A stretch of DNA of 61,927 bases, taken from positions 1 through 61,927 of the forward strand of contig SABL01000002.1 of NCBI GenBank assembly GCA_009928985.1. Direction: 5' to 3'. The notes beneath the pieces are model-generated. The model made no database searches. It saw only the letters and a program-made list of their open reading frames with translations, and was not told the DNA's origin. Positions 10,369 to 19,337 of the stretch are shown in pieces. Position 1 is the stretch's first letter, and the number at the start of each line of letters is the position of its first letter. The DNA is from Clostridia bacterium. Lineage in GTDB: Bacteria; Bacillota; Clostridia; Saccharofermentanales; UBA5734. The position numbers and the translations under genes were made by a program.

Positions 10369-11436
10369 ATGGTGCAGGACCTTGTGATCTGCCGTGATCC
10401 AGCCGGATGGCCCCAGGCTGTCCTGGTCGAGGACGGTCAACCGGTCGAGTGGATCCGGCCATTGCCGGACACCACTGCCCGGCGCCAGGACATCCTCGAG
10501 GGCCGGATCGAATCGATTGACCGGGCCCTGGGGGCTTTCATAGCCATCGGTGAAGAGGAAAATGCCCTGTTGCCGCACCGGGAAGTCCCGCCTGGCAGCA
10601 AGCCCGGCCAGACCATCCTGGTCCAAATCCGGCGCCTGATCACGAGCCCGCATCCAGCAGCAGACACCGCCAAGGGCCATCTTGTGACCACGCGGCTCCA
10701 GTATCCGGGCCTTTTTGCGGTCTATGAGCCGGACCCGGAGCGGATCATCCGGCGCAGCAAACTGGGCCTTGCACCAGCCCCGGATCAGGACTTTTTGCTG
10801 GCTGGCGAGACCGCCTGGCTCGAATCTGTTCATGCCACGGTGTGCTCTGCTGCCAAGGCTGGCGGACCGGTCCCACGCCTGATCTGGCGGCCACGGACTG
10901 TCTGTGCAGCTGCCCTGATGGACTGGGCCCGGCCTGACCTCAGGTCCATCCAATGCAACGACATCGATTTATTCACTCAGTTGGACACACTGGTCCAGGA
11001 ACGCTGGCCAGCCCTGCGCCCGGTCCTGACCTTGTGCCCTGAATCGTTCGACCTGGTTGCGGCTTTTCGCCTGGGCAATCTGGCCCAGGAGGTCAACCGC
11101 CGCCAGGTGCATTTGAAAAACGGCGCCAGCATTTCCTTTGACCAGACCGAAGCCCTGCTGGTGATTGACGTCAACACGAAGAAGGCCCAGGCACGTGATC
11201 CTGAAGACCTGCGTGTGAAGACTAACCTCTTGGCTGCCGTTGAAATCGCCCGCCAGCTTCGCTTGAGAAATCAGGCAGGCATCGTCGTGGTCGATTTCAT
11301 CCGCTTGCACAGCGCAGAAGACCGGGCAGAGCTGGTCCGTTTTTTCAGCTCTGAACTTAAAAAAGACCGGGGCAAGATCACCCTTGGCGGCCTGACCAGA
11401 TTAGGCCTCTTTGAACTCGTGCGCCAGGTGCCGTAA
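10369..11436 (+). CDS. Rne/Rng-family ribonuclease (short RNase G-like, 355 aa)
   Basis: S1-like N-terminus (GRIESIDRALGAFIAIG) and the catalytic-core block LVIDVNTKK...AAVEIARQLRLRNQAGIVVVDFI. Confidence 0.75.
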   Translation: MVQDLVICRDPAGWPQAVLVEDGQPVEWIRPLPDTTARRQDILEGRIESIDRALGAFIAIGEEENALLPHREVPPGSKPGQTILVQIRRLITSPHPAADTAKGHLVTTRLQYPGLFAVYEPDPERIIRRSKLGLAPAPDQDFLLAGETAWLESVHATVCSAAKAGGPVPRLIWRPRTVCAAALMDWARPDLRSIQCNDIDLFTQLDTLVQERWPALRPVLTLCPESFDLVAAFRLGNLAQEVNRRQVHLKNGASISFDQTEALLVIDVNTKKAQARDPEDLRVKTNLLAAVEIARQLRLRNQAGIVVVDFIRLHSAEDRAELVRFFSSELKKDRGKITLGGLTRLGLFELVRQVP

Positions 11437-11441
11437 GCAGG

Positions 11442-11484
11442 TTGAATCATTCAAGTTGACGCTCCCTGAAAAGACCGCTACATT
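11442..11484 (+). promoter_or_regulatory. Candidate sigma-A promoter (TTGACG-17-TACATT) preceded by the perfect palindrome TTGAATCATTCAA
   Basis: Palindrome at 11442-11454, -35 at 11456-11461 and -10 at 11479-11484. It lies upstream of the NrdD-like gene. Confidence 0.4.
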
Positions 11485-11544
11485 GAAATAAGACCGGTCA
11501 AGAACTATTTGGACAATGGAAAATCAGCGGCAAGGAGAAGCGCC

Positions 11545-13440
11545 ATGATCACCAGAGTCATCAAACGGGATGGACGAGAAGTCATTTTCAACATTGAGAA
11601 AATCGCCAGTGCCATCCACAAGGCGCTCGATGCCTCCACCGAAACCAATATCAAGGACCCGGCCCAGCCCAGAAGCCAGACCAGCATGGAGCTTGCCACC
11701 GTGGTGGCTGAGCGGATTGACCAGACAGGCCAGCGCTGTCCATCGATCGAACAAATCCAGGACACGGTTGAGCAAGTCCTGATGGAAACTGGTTTTCCGG
11801 AAACTGCCAAGCGCTATATCCTGTACCGATCCCAGCGGACCCGCGTGCGCGAGATGAAGACCCACCTGATGCAGGCTTTCCATGCCATGAACCCCCAGTC
11901 AGCTACCGGGAAGGGACCAGCTGCATCCGGACTGGTGCCGTCAGTCGAGAAGCTGCCGCTGACCGCCGGTGACCACTTGAAGAATTACGGCCGGACCGGT
12001 GCTTGTTCCTATAATTTGCTCTATGTGCTGTCGCCTGCTGTCAGTCAGGCCCATCAGAATCTGGATCTTTTCATCCACCAACTCGAATCATACGCCCTGA
12101 CATTTGCCGATCATCCCGTCGATTTGCGGCCTCTTTTTGCCGGCGGTTTTTGCAGTGGCCTGGCCAGCATCCGCCAGCCTTCCGACATCAGAAGCTTTGC
12201 AGCTCTGGCGGGTGTTGCTGTCACCAGTATCCGGCAGGAAATCAGTGGCAGTGTGTACCTTTTGCATTTCGACCGGGTTATGGCGGATGGTGTCCGGGCG
12301 ACCCGGCAACGCCTGGTGGCCAGATCAGGCAACTGGCTACCTCCAGAGCAAGCCAGTGTCCTTGCTGAAGAGGACACTGCCCTGGCAACGTACCAGGCCA
12401 TGGATGCCGTGCTCAACCAGTTCAAGACCCAGAGCTTCCAGTCCCAGTCCGGACGGAGCCAGACCTGCATCCTGTTTGGTCTGGAAACAGATCCTGATGG
12501 AAAGCTGGTGACCCGGAAATTGCTCGAGGCAGCAGGGAAAGTTTCACCGCATACTCCGTCAAACTCGCCGCTGAATAGTCAGCCACGCTTGATTTACCGC
12601 CTCGCTGCGGGGGTCAATCTGCTGCCGCAGGACCCGAATTATGATCTGTTCCAGCTGGCTTGCCACTGCTGCGCCCAGACAGGACAACCGGAATTCGCCT
12701 TTGCGGATCCGCCCATGACCAACCTGGCCACTGTTACGATCAACCTGCCCCGCTGTGCCATCCTGGCCCGTAATGACCTCAATTTGTTCTACCACCGCCT
12801 GGAACATCTGCTCAGACTGGCCATCGACTCGCTGCTTGAGCGATACAAGACGCTACAGTCCCTTAGCCGGGGCAATTTTCCCTTCCTCTATGGCCAGATT
12901 GAACCAGCAGATGATATTGGACTGGATGATGCCTCAACGCTCGCCAGCCAACTGGCCAGAGGCAGCCTGTCCATCGGACTGACTGGGCTTGCTGAAACCC
13001 TGGTATCACTGGTTGGACGTCACCACGGCCAGAGTCGCGAAGCTGAAAGACTGGGTCTGGAAATTGTGCAGATGATGCAGCAGGCCTGTTCCGATGCTTC
13101 AGACCAGCATGGCTTGACCTTTCTGCTGCTGGCCGATTCCGATCCCCTCGTGGCCAAGGCTTTTGCCGACTCTGACCGCAAGCAATATGGCCAGATTGCC
13201 GGTGTGACCAGCCATCCGGTCTACACGCCCGGTTTCAGCCTGCCCTGCCGGCCAGTGATCAAAAACGAATACCGCCTGCGTCTGGAATCGCCGTATCATA
13301 AGCTGGTAGACGCTGGACGCGTGCTGAGAATCTGCCGTAGCAAAGACTCAGAAGCACTGCCGGAATCCATAGAGACAGATATCATACTGGCGTCCGGATC
13401 GGGCGTGGGACGGATAATTTTTGACAGCTTAGGGGAATAA
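11545..13440 (+). CDS. ATP-cone domain protein homologous to class III (anaerobic) ribonucleotide reductase NrdD, apparently lacking the C-terminal Zn-ribbon and glycyl-radical domain
   Basis: ATG at 11545 with an AAGGAGA RBS. ATP-cone: MITRVIKRDGREVIFNIEKI...RYILYRSQR. NrdD-like blocks: AHQNLDLFIHQLE, TINLPRCAIL and GVTSHPVYTPGFSLP. The ORF ends ...GRIIFDSLGE with no RVxGY-type motif. Confidence 0.65.
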   Translation: MITRVIKRDGREVIFNIEKIASAIHKALDASTETNIKDPAQPRSQTSMELATVVAERIDQTGQRCPSIEQIQDTVEQVLMETGFPETAKRYILYRSQRTRVREMKTHLMQAFHAMNPQSATGKGPAASGLVPSVEKLPLTAGDHLKNYGRTGACSYNLLYVLSPAVSQAHQNLDLFIHQLESYALTFADHPVDLRPLFAGGFCSGLASIRQPSDIRSFAALAGVAVTSIRQEISGSVYLLHFDRVMADGVRATRQRLVARSGNWLPPEQASVLAEEDTALATYQAMDAVLNQFKTQSFQSQSGRSQTCILFGLETDPDGKLVTRKLLEAAGKVSPHTPSNSPLNSQPRLIYRLAAGVNLLPQDPNYDLFQLACHCCAQTGQPEFAFADPPMTNLATVTINLPRCAILARNDLNLFYHRLEHLLRLAIDSLLERYKTLQSLSRGNFPFLYGQIEPADDIGLDDASTLASQLARGSLSIGLTGLAETLVSLVGRHHGQSREAERLGLEIVQMMQQACSDASDQHGLTFLLLADSDPLVAKAFADSDRKQYGQIAGVTSHPVYTPGFSLPCRPVIKNEYRLRLESPYHKLVDAGRVLRICRSKDSEALPESIETDIILASGSGVGRIIFDSLGE

Positions 13441-13442
13441 GC

Positions 13443-15257
13443 ATGACTTCCTGGATCACATTGCCTCACATTTTCCAGACCGGCATGGTCTGGCAGCAGC
13501 AAACCAGAATCACCCTGTCTGGACATGCCGGGCCAGGCAGTGCCCTCACGGTCGAATGGACCCGGCTTCCGCTCGACCCGCAGTCTGTCTCCCCACATGA
13601 TCCCCGCTATGGCACCCTTTTCACGGCAACGGTAGCCTGTGACCCAAAAGGTGCCTTCAGCGTGGAGCTGCCAGCTTTTGAGGCCTCTTTCGACCCTTGT
13701 GAACTGATGATCAGCGATGGAACATTCAAGACCTGTCTTAAGGAGATCCTGGTCGGTGATATCTTCTTGTTTGTGGGGGAACTCCCGTGGCCCGGGCAAG
13801 AATGGGCTTCATCTTCAGAACCTTCGCATACCGGGACTGTTCCAGCCATGCAGCCCTATCTGCGCCAGCTGGACATCCTGGCGCCCGATGCAGAAACGGT
13901 CTGGACCAGCCAGGCTCATTTTGAACCGTCCGGACCAGGACAGGGATGGTGTCTTACTGCGTTGGCCCAGCATTTTGGCCGGGATATCCTGCCTGATATC
14001 CATGTCCCAGTCGGCCTGCTTCTTTTGGATGCGCCCGGTCGCCGCCTGCGCGATTTTTTGCCGGACACCCGCAAAGGACTTTTCCGCCGCCTGGCTGGTC
14101 TTAAGGGATTTGGAGTTTGTGCCATCGTCTGGTCCGGTCATCCCAAGGATTCGGACCGGCCGGACAAGCTCCAGGAAGGCCTGATGAAACTGGCAACTGC
14201 CCTGCGCTCGGACCTCAAAGCCGGATCTGGAACTGAGCCTGCGTTCATCTTGTTCCATCTGCCGACGTATGCTGCTGGCCAGCGCCTTTTTTACGAACAG
14301 ACCCTGGGCAATGAGGCACTGACGTATGTCCGCCACCATCTGGCCGCACCGACAGCCCTTGTCCCAGTGTCCGGCCTCCAACCGGCCCAGCCACTGGCAA
14401 CGCTGGCCGGGCGGCTGCGCCTGGTTTGTCTCGGCTTGCTGTACCAGCGCAAGGCACCCACATCCGCCCCCGAATGTGAAAGCATCGAACTGGTGGGTGG
14501 CAAACTGATGCTGACTTTTTCCAATATTGGCGAGGGGTTGCGCCTGACGCGGGACGACAGCCGGTTGCGCGGCTTTACCATCTGTGGCCCGGACCGGGTT
14601 TTCCGCGAAGCTCAGGCCAAAGTCCTCTACGGCGTCCGGGTCATGGTCTGGCATGAAGCGGTTCCCAATCCCGTTGCGGTCACTTATGGCTTCTTCGACC
14701 CCCATGAACGCGCCAACCTGATCAGCAAAGACCATCTGCCGATCGTCCCGTTCCGTTCCGACCAGGAAGACTCGGTTTATGCTCTGCCCAGGGAGTGGAT
14801 GCACTGTGATGACGCAGCCGAATGGCAAGTCTTTGCCGGTGCAATCAAGTTCCGGCTCGAAAAAGCCAACAAGTCAGAAGGTGAGGGGTCTTTGAGTCTG
14901 AGTTACCAGATGGATTCTTGCCAGAATATCGTGTTCGGCCCCTGGATCGACCGGCCTTCTGACTTCCCACCCATGGACCTCTCGACATCCCCCAAGCTGG
15001 TGCTGGATGTCTTCAACCCCGATCTGAAGGAAAAAGGCCTTTCCCTGAAACTCATGGCAATTGTCGCACCGGGTGCCAGGGAAATCGAGACGGCTGTCCA
15101 GAAAATCATTCCAGCCCTGCGCTGGCAAACTCTCACCTTTGACCTGCAGCCCTTCGCCCAGGAGATCGACTTGGCTCAGGTGATCCGGATCCAGCTGGTG
15201 CTTCAGGACAAAGCCGGGCGCGGCCAGATCTATCTCGACAACATTCGCCAGGCCTGA
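13443..15257 (+). CDS. Sialate O-acetylesterase (SASA/DUF303)-like protein with degenerate catalytic blocks and a CBM-like C-terminal beta-sandwich
   Basis: The ATG lies 2 nt after the upstream stop. N-terminus LPHIFQTGMVWQQQ...LSGHAGPGSALTVEW matches the SASA N-domain pattern. The expected GQSNM block reads GELPW. The C-terminus ends ...GQIYLDNIRQA. Confidence 0.5.
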   Translation: MTSWITLPHIFQTGMVWQQQTRITLSGHAGPGSALTVEWTRLPLDPQSVSPHDPRYGTLFTATVACDPKGAFSVELPAFEASFDPCELMISDGTFKTCLKEILVGDIFLFVGELPWPGQEWASSSEPSHTGTVPAMQPYLRQLDILAPDAETVWTSQAHFEPSGPGQGWCLTALAQHFGRDILPDIHVPVGLLLLDAPGRRLRDFLPDTRKGLFRRLAGLKGFGVCAIVWSGHPKDSDRPDKLQEGLMKLATALRSDLKAGSGTEPAFILFHLPTYAAGQRLFYEQTLGNEALTYVRHHLAAPTALVPVSGLQPAQPLATLAGRLRLVCLGLLYQRKAPTSAPECESIELVGGKLMLTFSNIGEGLRLTRDDSRLRGFTICGPDRVFREAQAKVLYGVRVMVWHEAVPNPVAVTYGFFDPHERANLISKDHLPIVPFRSDQEDSVYALPREWMHCDDAAEWQVFAGAIKFRLEKANKSEGEGSLSLSYQMDSCQNIVFGPWIDRPSDFPPMDLSTSPKLVLDVFNPDLKEKGLSLKLMAIVAPGAREIETAVQKIIPALRWQTLTFDLQPFAQEIDLAQVIRIQLVLQDKAGRGQIYLDNIRQA

Positions 15258-15278
15258 GCTGGGAAACGTTGTCATAGC

Positions 15279-15307
15279 TTGCAAGTTAGGCCTTCATTGT
15301 GTAAGAT
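15279..15307 (+). promoter_or_regulatory. Candidate promoter of the valS leader (TTGCAA-17-TAAGAT)
   Basis: Hexamers at 15279-15284 and 15302-15307 with a 17-nt spacer, just upstream of the T-box leader. Confidence 0.4.
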
Positions 15308-15324
15308 GAAGCCAATTTCCCTGC

Positions 15325-15588
15325 CTTGATCGGGAGGAGTAGGCCACAATCCCCGCCAGAGAGCAAAATCCAATTGGAGTGCTGCGAGATTTTGCCGGAG
15401 TGTGAATGGCCCAAGGTCGCCCGGGAGCAAAGCGTCAGGCCGCGCGTAACAAGACGGCTGCAAAGTGCCCTGCCTTTTGACCAGCGGCAAGCTGGCAAGA
15501 TCTGGCAGGGAAAACTGGTGGTACCACGGAAGACAAACCTTTCGTCCAGTTGTTTCGGGATAAACCCGGACTGGCGGAAGGTTTTTTG
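15325..15588 (+). promoter_or_regulatory. T-box riboswitch leader (tRNA-Val sensing) with intrinsic terminator
   Basis: GGAGTA and AGAGAG stem-I elements. Candidate specifier GUC at 15416-15418, followed by a purine. Conserved T-box sequence AACTGGTGGTACCACGG at 15513-15529. Terminator CCTTTCGTCCAG..CGGG/CCCGGACTGGCGGAAGG plus TTTTTT at about 15536-15588. Confidence 0.8.
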
Positions 15589-15613
15589 TTTATCGTGGTG
15601 TCAGGCTCCTTGC

Positions 15614-15727
15614 TAAGAAATTTGGATAATTTCCCAGCGAGGTGCCTGACACCACAACCACTCAGGTGCTTCGCCAAGAAATTTGGAAAATTTCCCAGCG
15701 AGGTGCCTGATACCACAACCACTCAGG
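15614..15727 (+). repeat. 60-bp tandem duplication (2 full units plus a partial third) between the T-box terminator and the valS start
   Basis: AAGAAATTTGGA(T/A)AATTTCCCAGCGAGGTGCCTGA(C/T)ACCACAACCACTCAGGT occurs at 15616-15667 and 15676-15727. A partial ACCACAATCATTCAGGT follows. GTGGTGTCAGGC (15593-15604) is complementary to GCCTGACACCAC (15644-15655) in unit 1. Confidence 0.85.
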
Positions 15728-15764
15728 TCGGACACCACAATCATTCAGGTCACAGGAGGAGCAT

Positions 15765-18419
15765 ATGCCGCGTATTGATTCAATCCAGAAAGCTTTTGAA
15801 CCGCAGGTGATGGAGGGCCCGATCTACCAGAACTGGCTGGAGAAGGGTTATTTCACCCCTCAGCCGGATCCGGCCAAAAAACCATACACCATTGTCATCC
15901 CGCCGCCGAACATCACCGGCCAATTGCACATGGGCCATGCCCTGGACAACACGCTGCAAGACATCCTGATCCGTTTCAAGCGCATGCAGGGCTATGCTGC
16001 TCTCTGGCTGCCTGGCACCGACCACGCTTCGATCGCCACCGAAGCCAAAATCGTCGAAGCCATGCGTCAGGAAGGCATCAGCAAAGAGGACCTCGGCCGG
16101 GAGAAATTTCTCGAGCGTGCCTGGGAATGGAAGCGCCTGTACGGCGGCCGGATCATCGAGCAGCTCAAGCGCCTCGGTTCCTCCTGTGACTGGAGCCGCG
16201 AACGGTTCACCCTCGACGAGGGCTGCTCAGATGCCGTCCAGGAAGTCTTTATCCGCCTTTTTGAAAAGGGCCTGATCTACCGCGGTGAGCGAATCATCAA
16301 CTGGTGCCCGACTTGCCTGACTTCCATTTCCGACGCCGAAGTCGAATATGAAGAAAAGAACAGCCATTTCTACCACTTGCGCTATCCGCTGGTGGAAGGG
16401 GAGGGCTACCTCGTCCTGGCCACCACCCGCCCTGAAACGCTGCTCGGTGATACGGCCGTAGCCGTCCATCCTGACGACGAACGCTACCAGCACCTGATCG
16501 GCCAGCACGTCATCCTGCCCTTGACCGGCCGGACCATCCCGATCATCGCCGATACCTATGTCGAGAGCGAATTTGGCACCGGTGTCGTCAAGATCACCCC
16601 GGCGCATGATCCGAACGACTTCGAAGTCGGTCTGCGCCATAACCTGCCGGTGATCAATGTCCTGACCGAAGACGCCCACATTAATGAGCACGGCGGGACC
16701 TATGCCGGACTGACTCGTGAACAAGCGAGGAGACGGATTCTGGTCGACCTCGAAGCCCAGGGCCTTCTGGAAAAAACCGAGCCACACAAGCATAATGTTG
16801 GCACCTGCTACCGCTGTTCGACCGTGGTCGAACCGCGCGTGTCTTTCCAGTGGTTTGTCAAAATGAAACCCCTGGCCGAGCCTGCCATTGAGGTTGTCAA
16901 AAGCAAAGAGACCCGTTTTGTACCGGAACGGTTCGACAAGACGTATTTCAACTGGATGGAGAACATCCGCGACTGGTGCATTTCCCGCCAGCTCTGGTGG
17001 GGCCACCGCATCCCGGCTTACTATTGCCAGGGCTGCGACCACACCATCGTCGCCCGCGAAATGCCTGCGGTCTGCCCAGACTGTGGCAGCACCCACCTCG
17101 TCCAGGACGAAGACACTCTTGACACCTGGTTCTCGTCTGCCTTGTGGCCGTTCTCGACCCTCGGCTGGCCCCATGACACCGAGGATCTGAAGTATTTTTA
17201 TCCCACCAGCGTCCTGGTCACCGGTTACGACATCATTTTCTTCTGGGTCGCGCGCATGATTTTCTCCGGCCTGGCCCACACCGGCCAGACCCCGTTCCAC
17301 ACCGTCTTCATCCATGGCATTGTCCGCGACGAAAAGGGCCGCAAGATGTCCAAATCCTTGGGCAATGGCATTGACCCGCTCGAAATCATCGACGAACTCG
17401 GTGCTGACGCGCTGCGTTATGCCTTGGTCACCGGCAATGCCCCCGGCAACGATTTGCGTTTTTCCAAAGAGAAAATCGAGGCCGGCCGCAATTTCATCAA
17501 CAAGATCTGGAATGCCTTCCGCTTTGTGGTCATGAATTTTGACGACAAGATGGATTTCTCTGCGGTCTCGTCCGATGACTACACCCTCGAAGACCGCTGG
17601 ATCCTCTCGCGGCTCCAGACGTTGAAAACCGAAGTGATGACCAACCTTGACAATTACGACCTCGGCGTTGCCCTGTCCAAGATCTACAGTTTCCTCTGGG
17701 AAGAGTACTGCGACTGGTACATCGAGATCGCCAAAGCGCGCTTGAATGAAAAAGATTCGCACGGCCGCCTGGTCGCCCAGTCAGTCCTCAACCAGGTACT
17801 GGTCGAAGCCCTTCGTCTGCTGCACCCGTTCATGCCTTTCGTCACCGAAGCGATCCACGGCCACCTGATCCAGCCAGTCGAATCGATCATGGTCAGCGAC
17901 TGGCCCGTCCCGGACAGCACCCTGAACTTCCCGGAGGCTGAGCGCCAAATGGCCATCCTGATGGATGCGATCCGCGAAATCCGCAACGTGCGCACCAACA
18001 TGAACGTCCCGCCGTCCAGAAAAGCCAGCATCATCGTCGTATCGCCCGACGAGGCCACCCGCCGCATGTTTGAAGATAGCGAAGCTTTCCTGCAACGTCT
18101 GGCCAGTGTGCAGTCGGTCAAGACTCAGGCCGACAAGACCGATATCCCCTCGACCGCCGTTACGGCCATTTTCACGGCTGGCGAGATTTTCATCCCCCTG
18201 ACCGATCTGATCGACTTGGGCAAGGAAATCGAACGGCTGGAGAAGGAAAAAGCCAACCTCGAAAACGAGGTGGCCCGCGTCAGTGCCAAACTCGACAATG
18301 CGGAATTTGTCGCCAAGGCGCCGGCGAAGGTGATCGATGCTGAACGCGAAAAGATCAGCCGCTACACGGCGATGCTGCACAATGCCAGCGAACGTCTGGC
18401 CCAGCTGCGCGCCCTGTGA
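15765..18419 (+). CDS. valS: Valine--tRNA ligase
   Basis: 884 aa. HIGH-type motif PPPNITGQLHMGH, KMSKS, and a C-terminal coiled coil. AGGAGGA RBS. Confidence 0.97.
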   Translation: MPRIDSIQKAFEPQVMEGPIYQNWLEKGYFTPQPDPAKKPYTIVIPPPNITGQLHMGHALDNTLQDILIRFKRMQGYAALWLPGTDHASIATEAKIVEAMRQEGISKEDLGREKFLERAWEWKRLYGGRIIEQLKRLGSSCDWSRERFTLDEGCSDAVQEVFIRLFEKGLIYRGERIINWCPTCLTSISDAEVEYEEKNSHFYHLRYPLVEGEGYLVLATTRPETLLGDTAVAVHPDDERYQHLIGQHVILPLTGRTIPIIADTYVESEFGTGVVKITPAHDPNDFEVGLRHNLPVINVLTEDAHINEHGGTYAGLTREQARRRILVDLEAQGLLEKTEPHKHNVGTCYRCSTVVEPRVSFQWFVKMKPLAEPAIEVVKSKETRFVPERFDKTYFNWMENIRDWCISRQLWWGHRIPAYYCQGCDHTIVAREMPAVCPDCGSTHLVQDEDTLDTWFSSALWPFSTLGWPHDTEDLKYFYPTSVLVTGYDIIFFWVARMIFSGLAHTGQTPFHTVFIHGIVRDEKGRKMSKSLGNGIDPLEIIDELGADALRYALVTGNAPGNDLRFSKEKIEAGRNFINKIWNAFRFVVMNFDDKMDFSAVSSDDYTLEDRWILSRLQTLKTEVMTNLDNYDLGVALSKIYSFLWEEYCDWYIEIAKARLNEKDSHGRLVAQSVLNQVLVEALRLLHPFMPFVTEAIHGHLIQPVESIMVSDWPVPDSTLNFPEAERQMAILMDAIREIRNVRTNMNVPPSRKASIIVVSPDEATRRMFEDSEAFLQRLASVQSVKTQADKTDIPSTAVTAIFTAGEIFIPLTDLIDLGKEIERLEKEKANLENEVARVSAKLDNAEFVAKAPAKVIDAEREKISRYTAMLHNASERLAQLRAL

Positions 18420-19225
18420 GTACCGCGGAACGGTTGCTGACACCCGCTTACCAGCCTGATTTTTCAGGTGCCACCGTCCTCATCACCGGTGGCGCCGCGG
18501 GCATCGGCCGTTGCCTGACCTTGAGCTTCGCCCAGGCAGGGGCGCAGGTCATCTTGGCTGACCGCGACCAGGAGGCGGGGGAGGAGACGCTGGCGATCCT
18601 GTCCGAACAAGGACTACAGGCCCATTTCATTCAGACAGACTTGTCTGACCAGGCCCAGATCGTCCAACTGGCTCAGCAAACCCGGGCCCTGGCTCCATCC
18701 GGTCTGTCTATCCTGATCCACAATGCTGCGATCGCCAACGCGCATTCTGCCAATCTGTTCAGCGAGGATCCAGCAGCTTTCGACCAGGTTCTGGCGGTCA
18801 ACCTGGCCGCACCCTTTCATCTGACACGCCTGCTGAAAGAATCCCTGGTCCAGGCCGGTGGCTGTGTGATCGATCTAGCCTCGACGCGTGCTTACCAGTC
18901 CGAGCCGCAGTCCGAAGGCTACGCTGCCAGCAAAGGCGGCATGGTGGCCCTGACCCATGCCATGGCCATCTCACTGGGCGAACAGGGCATCCGGGTCAAC
19001 GCCATCGCTCCCGGCTGGATCGACACCACCGAGTGGCAGAAGGGCAGGCCCGGTCCGGCACATTGGCCGGACGAAGAGCATCGCCAGCATCCGGCCGGCC
19101 GCATCGGACGGCCAGCTGATATTGCCGCAGCCTGTTTTTTCCTGGCAAGTCCAGATGCGGGTTTCATCACCGGTCAAACCCTGGTGATTGATGGCGGCAT
19201 GAGCCGCAAAATGATTTATCGTTGA
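18416..19225 (+). CDS. SDR family oxidoreductase
   Basis: A GTG start overlaps the valS stop (GTGA). TGGAAGIG cofactor motif and YAASK catalytic motif. Confidence 0.88.
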   Translation: MSTAERLLTPAYQPDFSGATVLITGGAAGIGRCLTLSFAQAGAQVILADRDQEAGEETLAILSEQGLQAHFIQTDLSDQAQIVQLAQQTRALAPSGLSILIHNAAIANAHSANLFSEDPAAFDQVLAVNLAAPFHLTRLLKESLVQAGGCVIDLASTRAYQSEPQSEGYAASKGGMVALTHAMAISLGEQGIRVNAIAPGWIDTTEWQKGRPGPAHWPDEEHRQHPAGRIGRPADIAAACFFLASPDAGFITGQTLVIDGGMSRKMIYR

Positions 19226-19337
19226 CTGGAGGGTGCAAACCCACTAAAATGGTAAAGGACCATCAAGCAGCGCCTTTTTCAGGCAGTCTTGACCCCCACG
19301 AACGCCATGTGAATGGAAACAGGTAAAGGAGATTACT

